A stretch of 64,000 nucleotides of DNA from the NCBI GenBank assembly GCA_028693055.1, contig JAQUWD010000008.1, positions 5,768 through 69,767 on the forward strand, given 5' to 3'. The notes under the pieces are model-generated. The model searched no databases. It was not told where the DNA came from and saw only the letters and a list, made by a program, of their open reading frames with translations. The position numbers and the translations under genes are program-made. Shown piece by piece: positions 58,601-64,000 of this stretch (its first letter is position 1; the number at the start of each line of letters is the position of its first letter). Source of the stretch: Eubacteriales bacterium. Its GTDB lineage: Bacteria; Bacillota; Clostridia; Christensenellales; Aristaeellaceae.

Positions 58601-59928
58601 ATGTTTACAGCAGAATAAAGAAAAACTCGTATTTTATACGCGTGGAAGCTTTACGAGAGGAACTCGATAAGTTAAAGCTAGAAGATCCTGTTCCAGAAGC
58701 ATTAGAGGCAGAGGATGACCTCGCTTCCATGTTGCTTGCCGACGGGGACAAAGCAAGAAGGTATTATGTGGAGCAGATCATGACGATCGATGGAAATTTA
58801 CAGAAAGCCAAGCGCGTTTTAAACCCCTATAATGCATTGTTGGTTGCGCTTGATGCTCAGAAGCTCTCGATGGAAACATATTCAAACGGGCGCTATTCCT
58901 ATGCACCCGAGCAAACAGAGGAGATGACGGCCTATGTTGAAGCTGCCAAAAAAATAGCTTCTGCAGCATTCGCTGACGGATGGGTCAAACGTTACTATTG
59001 CGCAGACGCAGAAAAGATCGGGAGCTATAAACACTTTGCCGAAAAAGCCTGCGATCTGTTTAACCGATATGGCTATGCAAGGGAAGCGCTTGAACTTACT
59101 GCAATCGTAACAAAGGAAGTTGCAAGGATCCAATTGCTGATTGATCAGGAAGCATTTATTAATTCCTGTGAAAATTATCTATTGACCAGTCAGGTTCGGG
59201 TAGGCATGACACAGAAGAACCTCGTCGCATTTCAAGAGCAGGGAAATGAACTTGTTAAAGGCTTTGAGAAGTTTGATTTTGAAGTGGATAAGCGCTTTGT
59301 CGATCTGCGACTTCGTGTACTAAAGCAGATTGACGTGCTAAATGCCGCTCTTGTGGAGTTTAAGGAAAAACTGGATAGCATTTGGAATGCGGCATATGAC
59401 ATCTCTTGCCTTGATGATGTGCGACATGTGCATGCGCGGATCGAAGCAGTACTCGGAAGTGGACTTACGGACCGAGACCGAGACGATTTGGAGAACATTG
59501 ACCATGAAATGACGAAATTCATCGAATACATGACCGAATTTGTTGGGCGTGAGTATTCACGCGATGAACTTCAGACAGCCTATCAAGAAGCTCAAACGCT
59601 GTTTGAAGGCGGCGAACTGGATCTGTCCCAAGTGCTTGATAAATCCTATGCTGATATGCTGGAAAAGATGGATAGTCAAGAAAAGCAATGGATCGATCAT
59701 TACCTGACGATCTCTCCTTCCGAGATGGGACAACAGGAGCTGGATAAATGGAAGCGAGACACACTCCCACTTCCGGTTTTCCTTTCAAGCGACACTGCAA
59801 CAAGACATCAAGCAATGCTCGATCATGTGGAAACAGAATTGGCGAAAAGGCGGGTAAGCTATATTACTATGCTATTTAGTCAGCTTTCTGATGAAGAGAA
59901 AAAGATGGTTCTTGCTCAAATCCAATAA
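55696..59928 (+). CDS. 1410-aa BrxC/PglY-like P-loop ATPase with long helical C-terminal region
   Basis: Walker A IAGYGTGKSHLAV (compare GFFGSGKSH of BrxC) and Walker B LVILFDEFGRFLEY. GGAGGAAG RBS before the ATG at 55696. Confidence 0.65.
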   Translation: MTQLKDLVVFRDDLYFEGAVQADWFYQSRQVEAVARSFVFHGPKNHAVSQNDFGGHSLLDTASFTLRLAQKMDSPEDYNPLTLAIAGYGTGKSHLAVTLSTLFSGEQWKPVLHNKILQNIARADTGIEAQLRPLVRKPKLVLTLNGMRDFNLHYELLRTAEKALKLYGSDLDVLAKLNKVKETATTFIERSYELLEERFVQTAKSKGIQVAGEQLKQHLLQSLDCEAGVEFDVINAVYMDFNGHPIRMDEGVSASLVLDTLLQECCGLHGQFDGLVILFDEFGRFLEYVSANPTAAGDSALQQIFESVQNAAGEIQFVGFIQSDIKSYLQRVDKSSNISRYIDRFDASEKIYLSSNLETIFANLLEKKDRAAYDREVTARFRADEHKQHALFDDLQKWVPLHGIWNNWSDYSRIILEEIYPLHPISTYLLCNLTNWLQSRSSLTLLSEKVRLIGNQIVDASSPLPLIYPVELLKGAFFSELLNAEEQGRQNSQFCILLNSIYRKLDTKLTDETRNVLLANLILRICRFHFETRVELLSAIGECSGLSSTQVDAALQLLENEYAVLSYDDRLICFDFIADSVGANEFRNFLKTAQNRRAFHPEMLAQNDILDFAETLKPIETDFGSKHGIQTREWQFVQQIEPVQSMDSRTVSSVYKELQTRTLPNTERGMLLWVYLPKDADIMKLDQLITSVQAVEHDQALVVFVLDDSDNALQEAILAYRVLSDMQPEEKLHFKHFYDDALVKAQERVRSIFAALKQQRKAITAEGITPIDKRLKVYLTSIFENVYPKAISFDFDGFDAKGANGAPYKNFCTIMKWILMDGMSYVALKSQSSDVKNRVDSLLGPHGLFSWRALNSDYKIVSPTNGAVAKIFASLESILNTKRVLSFRQVSTLLTSAPYGMNEYVAFMLLGLFNELFSYTTRLVLNDSKYSTHTWAEEVLQDKKFDVKLFGKTKLLLVDAEETTGKYRNVYSRIKKNSYFIRVEALREELDKLKLEDPVPEALEAEDDLASMLLADGDKARRYYVEQIMTIDGNLQKAKRVLNPYNALLVALDAQKLSMETYSNGRYSYAPEQTEEMTAYVEAAKKIASAAFADGWVKRYYCADAEKIGSYKHFAEKACDLFNRYGYAREALELTAIVTKEVARIQLLIDQEAFINSCENYLLTSQVRVGMTQKNLVAFQEQGNELVKGFEKFDFEVDKRFVDLRLRVLKQIDVLNAALVEFKEKLDSIWNAAYDISCLDDVRHVHARIEAVLGSGLTDRDRDDLENIDHEMTKFIEYMTEFVGREYSRDELQTAYQEAQTLFEGGELDLSQVLDKSYADMLEKMDSQEKQWIDHYLTISPSEMGQQELDKWKRDTLPLPVFLSSDTATRHQAMLDHVETELAKRRVSYITMLFSQLSDEEKKMVLAQIQ

Positions 59929-60032
59929 TTATGTGTTCTAACGAAATAGCATCACACCTGCCTGAATGATCAGAATCATCAAGCATACATCTGCTTCCGG
60001 TTGCTACGGCCAAAGCATATCGTGCAATCACA

Positions 60033-60266
60033 TCACGGAAGTGCCCCTCCATGCTGACGGCATATGATCTCCAGATCGTCTAACGCGTCATCTATGAAAA
60101 GCGTATGTTCAATATCATAGCAGTCCCGCAGAAAAGAAATCCCATCATGTTGGTAAAGATACAAAAACGCTTCGCTCGGATGGATGTGTTTGCGTTCCGC
60201 AAATCCATTGACACATGCAACCGTATAATTGATCTGTTTACGCACATTATCCAGCAAATCTCCCAC
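60033..60266 (-). CDS. DUF3791-family small protein
   Basis: FAERKHIHPSEAFLYLYQHDGISFLRDCYDIEHT fits the DUF3791 pattern. No DUF3990 partner is adjacent. Confidence 0.55.
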   Translation of the reverse strand: MGDLLDNVRKQINYTVACVNGFAERKHIHPSEAFLYLYQHDGISFLRDCYDIEHTLFIDDALDDLEIICRQHGGALP

Positions 60267-60315
60267 CCCATCACAATGATTCCATCTTCCACTCGCGAAA
60301 TAGCGCTGTTGCTTA

Positions 60316-61263
60316 TCAAAAGATGCCAGCCCGCGCTTCCATCAGCTCCACAAGCTGTTCCGCCATCTCACTCGGCAGCGTGGATTCGCTGCAAAGCGTA
60401 ACCCACGTCGGCACACAGCTAACAAGCTGCCTGATCATCTTCTCCGCTGTCTTGCGGGCAATGCCGCAGGTCTCCGCAAAAACCAGAAAATCCTTTCGAT
60501 GAAGATGCTGCTTCTTTCCATTCATCGTCAGCGCAAATTCCTCGATATCCTCCGGGAGAATCACGTTCACGGGGAGCAGATCATAAGCTGGAGAAAGCAC
60601 GTACTCCCGGCTTCCCGGTGCTGTTTCGATGAGCGAGAAGTTCTTGAGGTGCATATCCGAGTTGCCGGTCAGAAAAGAAAAAACCAGCCGCATGAACAGC
60701 TCCGTCAGATCCAAGCCTTTTCGCGCAGAATAACGCTCGATGACTTTCGCACAGCGCTCATAGGAGCCACGGTATTTATCGCGCGTCAGGCGAAGATCCA
60801 GCTGGCAGAAATCTTCCATAGCCAAGCGTTGAATGCCACCGTCAGCGGTTTTTACGCGGTCAACACGCTTCGTGATGTACGCCACATGGTCGCCAAGCTG
60901 GATCAGCGCATGAGGAACAGTTGCAATGCCCGCCTTGTCAGCCATCGACATCACAAGGTGCTCGGCTTCGGGCATGCAGCGGTATTCGTCTACCTGCGGC
61001 TTCAGGATGAAGCCAGCGGGATAGTCCACGATGGTGAGTCTCGGATGCTGCTCTTCGGTCAGGTGAAGCGATAGTTTTTTCTGAACGCCGGGGACGGTGT
61101 AGCCCTTCGCGACGGATTGCGTTGCCAGCTGTCCCAGCGCATTGCTGGATAGATCGCTCTCCGGCAGAGTCTTTGTCCCGAAGAATTTTCTGATGCAGGC
61201 GGGATGCCAGCCTGACACAGCTCGTTCGGCTGATACTTCCTTACCGCAGCACAAGCACTTCAT
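60316..61263 (-). CDS. hipT: HipT-like kinase (HipA C-terminal kinase domain only)
   Basis: PGVQKKLSL, catalytic GNSDMHLKNFSL, and N-terminal CxCC...H..C. The ATG at 61263 overlaps the stop of the upstream gene (ATGA). Confidence 0.8.
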   Translation of the reverse strand: MKCLCCGKEVSAERAVSGWHPACIRKFFGTKTLPESDLSSNALGQLATQSVAKGYTVPGVQKKLSLHLTEEQHPRLTIVDYPAGFILKPQVDEYRCMPEAEHLVMSMADKAGIATVPHALIQLGDHVAYITKRVDRVKTADGGIQRLAMEDFCQLDLRLTRDKYRGSYERCAKVIERYSARKGLDLTELFMRLVFSFLTGNSDMHLKNFSLIETAPGSREYVLSPAYDLLPVNVILPEDIEEFALTMNGKKQHLHRKDFLVFAETCGIARKTAEKMIRQLVSCVPTWVTLCSESTLPSEMAEQLVELMEARAGIF

Positions 61264-61592
61264 GCGCCCACCTCCTGACGAATGCTGACATTGCCGATGC
61301 AGTCCTTGCATGCGAGAAGCAGCAAGCCAAAGCGGTCGGTTTGATCGATCTTCCAATTGTGCGTCACGACGTTCAGAAGCCAGCCCTCCGGGATCAACCC
61401 GTCAAAAAAGGGGAATAGCGTTGTTGAGGTGTAAGGCTCTGTGCGAAGCGGTAATGTCAGCGAAACAGGTGCGGCCTTGCCGCTTGCGAGGTAGGTTGCG
61501 TCATAAACAAACTCGTACCCCGCGTCTGTTTCGGAGAGGCGACCGGCATAGCTCTCATTCACAAAGACGCTGGCTGTTCGAAAAGCACTCAT
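61260..61592 (-). CDS. hipS: HipS-like protein (stand-alone HipA N-terminal subdomain)
   Basis: VFVNESYAGRLSE...YEFVYDATY...FFDGLIPEGW corresponds to the HipA N-terminal coupling domain as a separate 110-aa ORF. ATGA overlaps on both sides. Confidence 0.75.
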   Translation of the reverse strand: MSAFRTASVFVNESYAGRLSETDAGYEFVYDATYLASGKAAPVSLTLPLRTEPYTSTTLFPFFDGLIPEGWLLNVVTHNWKIDQTDRFGLLLLACKDCIGNVSIRQEVGA

Positions 61593-61816
61593 TTCTGCTC
61601 CTCTCTGCGACCAGGCACCGCTTCCATGCCGAACATGGCCAAGGCCTGATTCACCTTATCCATGCGAACGGTTTCCTTCCCTTCTTCAAGCTCGCGCACA
61701 AAGCGCAGCCCAAGCCCGGACCGCATGGCAAACTCGGCTTGCGTCAAACCGGCAGCCTTCCGCTCATGCTTGATATAAGCCGCAATGCTGTTTTTCCCCA
61801 ACCAGCTCACCTCCAT
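61589..61816 (-). CDS. hipB: XRE-family HTH protein (HipB of the tripartite module)
   Basis: HTH IKHERKAAGLTQAEFAMRSGLGLRFVRELEEG. ATG at 61816 is preferred over the TTG at 61855, which would overlap operator site 1. Confidence 0.7.
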   Translation of the reverse strand: MEVSWLGKNSIAAYIKHERKAAGLTQAEFAMRSGLGLRFVRELEEGKETVRMDKVNQALAMFGMEAVPGRREEQK

Positions 61817-61829
61817 ACATTGAATTTTA

Positions 61830-61924
61830 ATCCCTTTCGGGTATAAAGTCAACAAGCATAGAAAATTTCATCCCGAACGGGTATATTTTAATTTGTGCAA
61901 TTTGTATGGTTCCCGATCGGGTGT
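61830..61924. promoter_or_regulatory. Three operator-like imperfect palindromes with exact 40-bp phasing upstream of hipB-hipS-hipT
   Basis: ATCCCTTTCGGGTAT (61830-61844), ATCCCGAACGGGTAT (61870-61884) and TTCCCGATCGGGTGT (61910-61924). Confidence 0.55.
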
Positions 61925-62364
61925 ATTTTTATTCGATTTATATACCGATCACAGGAACTTTATGCCGTTGAAAACTTACCTGATAATCCGGCTAACCGTT
62001 CAATGGATCTTTCATTGGGCAGCATCGGTCATGTCCTCTGAACTTTTGCTTACGTTCCGCTAAAGATCAACGCTCTCTTCTGATGATCGGTGTGAGCATA
62101 GCACGCTGGCTGCCATCAGCAGTACCTCTTTAATCTTTTGTTGACTGGATTATTGGGCATTTCTATGATATATGCTCCGCATTCACATGGAAACTTATGG
62201 CGACAAGAAGAAACTCGCTGAGTTGGTTGATGCCTGCCGAGAAGTTCCTTACCTTCAGGAAGCGATCATCGCTGCAGAAAAATACCTATAAGCGATGAAA
62301 AAATCGACCAGCAAAGCAACAGGGAGCCGACCACAGTATGTGGAGCGGCTCCCTATTGCTTCCG

Positions 62365-62739
62365 TTAAACGTAGATCAGTTCGCAAAGGACGATTTCTTC
62401 CGCACAAGCTCGAATGTTGTTCATGAGCCCGACCCACTTCATCTGATCGCGGGCCTTGAGTTCTTCCGTGATGCTCTCGCTTGCCTGCATCTGCTGAACA
62501 ATGCACTCCATCCTCGTCTGCGCCTGCTCGTCGAGCGTTTCCAGATAGCTCTGCAGCTTACCCGAGAAAAGCAGCTCGCGGTACAGGCTGCGGTTGTTCT
62601 CCTTGATGTAGGCCAGGTGCATCTGTGCCCAGCGCCCGAGCGAATCAGGGTTGAAGTCGAAGTCGGGAAAGTAGTAGTCGCCCTGTAATGTATAGCGGAT
62701 TCCATTGCTGATGATCTCCATCGGAAGTTCATTTTTCAT
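62365..62739 (-). CDS. tnpV: TnpV-family protein
   Basis: RWAQMHLAYIKENNRSLYRELLFSGKL...DQMKWVGLMNNIRACAEEIVLCELIY closely follows the TnpV pattern known from clostridial mobilisable transposons. Confidence 0.75.
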   Translation of the reverse strand: MKNELPMEIISNGIRYTLQGDYYFPDFDFNPDSLGRWAQMHLAYIKENNRSLYRELLFSGKLQSYLETLDEQAQTRMECIVQQMQASESITEELKARDQMKWVGLMNNIRACAEEIVLCELIYV

Positions 62740-62905
62740 ATTGCCCTCCTATATCTCAGTGGAAAAGAGAATTTCTGAATCTGATGATATAGACATGGGA
62801 GAATGCGTTTGGGGGTCAAACGGGGGTCAAATCACATCGGTTTTACCTCTGAAAAACGTGTCAACGTGTTGATTTTACTAGGCTTCTGGGCGTTAGGCTT
62901 AAGAT

Positions 62906-63000
62906 CTACGAATCAAAAGGTCGTGGGTTCGAATCCCGCCGGGCTCACCATGAAGCAATCTTCGGATCGCTTCTTTTTTTGTGGTTTTTGGGGCAATTTT
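62906..63000 (+). repeat. attR: duplicated 3' part of tRNA-Arg plus terminator
   Basis: 95 bp identical to 40023-40117 except for one position. It lacks the 5' 32 nt of the tRNA, so it is not a functional tRNA. Confidence 0.9.
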
Positions 63001-63333
63001 AGCATTATATGGTTATTTTTATGGCCATATATCACATTAAAATGGGCTTTTTGACATCAGTACAAAAATGCGACTAATCTCCCGTTTACTTGGTTCATTC
63101 GCATTTTGCGCCTTTTCTGGTTTGCTTTAACTAACATTGTTCGTTTTCGTTCCTTGCTCTGGCGTTTTATTTTTTGTCGATATTTGTGCTTCTTATCCTT
63201 CTTCGTTTCCTAGACACCTAGACAGCGAAACTGATTCGGCCTAGCATCGGCTTGTTTGATCTTTCCTATCTGTGGTATAATAGAAAATAGAATATCCGGG
63301 CGGGCGAAAGCCAATCAGCCCACAGGAGGTTCC

Positions 63334-64000
63334 ATGAGCGACCAAGCCAAGCCTTCGGTATTGTTGGTGGATGGCTATAGCCTGATTTTTCGCGGTTTTC
63401 ACGCGCTGCCGCTGCTGACCAGCCCTGACGGTACCTATACCAACGCCGTTCACGGCTTTTTCAGCATGCTGCTGAAAGCGCTGGGCGATTATCGGCCGGA
63501 CGCGCTTTGCGTGATGCTGGATATGCACGCGCCCACCTTCCGCCATACGATTTTTGAGGACTATAAAGGAACCCGCAAGCCCATGCCGGAGGAGCTGCGC
63601 CCCCAGCTGCCGCTGGTGAGGGAAATTCTCAAGGCGATGAGTGTACAGACGTTTGAAGTAGAAGGCTACGAGGCGGACGACCTGCTAGGTACGGCGGCGC
63701 GGCTAGCCAACGAGGAAGGGCGTAGCGCCTACATCCTCACCGGCGACAGGGACAGCCTCCAGCTGGCGGGCGGCGATACCCGCATTATCCTGACCAAAAC
63801 GGGCATTACGGAAAGCTTGCTGCTGGATGCAGACGGGGTAAAGGAAACCTACGGCTACACCCCGGAGCAGGTACCCGACATGAAGGGGCTCATGGGAGAC
63901 AGCAGCGATAATATCCCCGGCATTCCCGGCGTGGGAGAAAAAACCGCGCTGAAGCTGATCACCGAATATAGCACGCTGGATCAGGTGCTGGAGCACGCCG
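63334..64000 (+). CDS. polA: DNA polymerase I, N-terminal 5'-3' exonuclease domain (3' end off window)
   Basis: LLVDGYSLIFRGFHAL...FEDYKGTRKPMPEEL...EGYEADDLLGT...LTGDRDSLQL...MGDSSDNIPGIPGVGEKTA. AGGAGG RBS before the ATG at 63334. Open to the window end. Confidence 0.9.
   Translation, partial: MSDQAKPSVLLVDGYSLIFRGFHALPLLTSPDGTYTNAVHGFFSMLLKALGDYRPDALCVMLDMHAPTFRHTIFEDYKGTRKPMPEELRPQLPLVREILKAMSVQTFEVEGYEADDLLGTAARLANEEGRSAYILTGDRDSLQLAGGDTRIILTKTGITESLLLDADGVKETYGYTPEQVPDMKGLMGDSSDNIPGIPGVGEKTALKLITEYSTLDQVLEHA

Larger units (their letters stand above)
40023..63000. mobile_element. ~23-kb integrative genomic island in tRNA-Arg, with decayed mobility genes and a defence/TA cargo
   Basis: 95-bp direct repeats at both ends. 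Tyrosine integrase next to the tRNA. Excisionase, VirE-type replication gene, XRE switch pair and TnpV. Lower G+C than the flanks (single 60-nt line spot counts of 40% and 47% inside versus 68% in a flank line). Confidence 0.85.

Noticed and set aside
62187-62291. 34-codon ORF (METYGDKKKLAELVDACREVPYLQEAIIAAEKYL) downstream of a TTGACT-17-TATGAT promoter-like sequence at ~62143-62171
   Set aside because: It has no SD sequence, it is very short, and I cannot assess conservation. It may be a gene fragment. Not annotated.
62803-63054. 83-aa ORF across the right island end
   Set aside because: It is the translation of the duplicated tRNA-Arg 3' fragment and its terminator (attR), so it is not coding. 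The fragment lacks the 5' 32 nt of the tRNA and is not a second tRNA gene.

Overview
This 64-kb window comes from a high-G+C Firmicutes/Clostridia-type chromosome; the taxon is an inference from gene content and SD-type ribosome-binding sites. Positions 1-40 kb are ordinary chromosome: an ECF sigma/anti-sigma pair, the infC-rpmI-rplT operon with its leader, recO, pgm, an L,D-transpeptidase, an acyl-CoA ligase, a frameshifted GGDEF-EAL sensor and rluA. They also hold a ~15-kb cell-envelope glycan cluster made of GT2/GT4 enzymes, ugd, DUF354 and several very large membrane proteins. A tRNA-Arg(ACG) lies at 39991-40067. Its 3' part plus terminator (95 bp) is duplicated at 62906-63000, which brackets a ~23-kb integrated island of visibly lower G+C. 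polA starts just beyond the island, at 63334. The island's mobility genes look decayed. The tyrosine integrase has two in-frame TAG codons, the VirE-type primase/helicase appears 5'-truncated, and there is an excisionase plus an iteron/AT-rich ori-like region. The island also carries a cI/Cro-like XRE pair, a canonical HipBA module, a tripartite HipB-HipS-HipT module and TnpV. Its main cargo is a tightly packed ~12-kb, seven-ORF operon (47823-59928). The operon encodes a cysteine-desulfurase-like PLP enzyme, a P-loop protein with a Cys cluster, and two large proteins without obvious motifs. It also encodes a HerA/DUF87-like Walker-B module that is out of frame with the preceding ORF, a DUF4007-like wHTH protein, and a 1410-aa BrxC-like P-loop ATPase. 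This gene set looks like a mosaic of phosphorothioation-associated defence modules (Ssp/Dpt/Pbe/BREX-like). However, it has no DndC/SspD-type PP-loop enzyme, methyltransferase or recognisable nuclease. It is the best candidate in the window for an undescribed or hybrid defence system. All family assignments come from motif and architecture recognition by eye, since no searches could be run.
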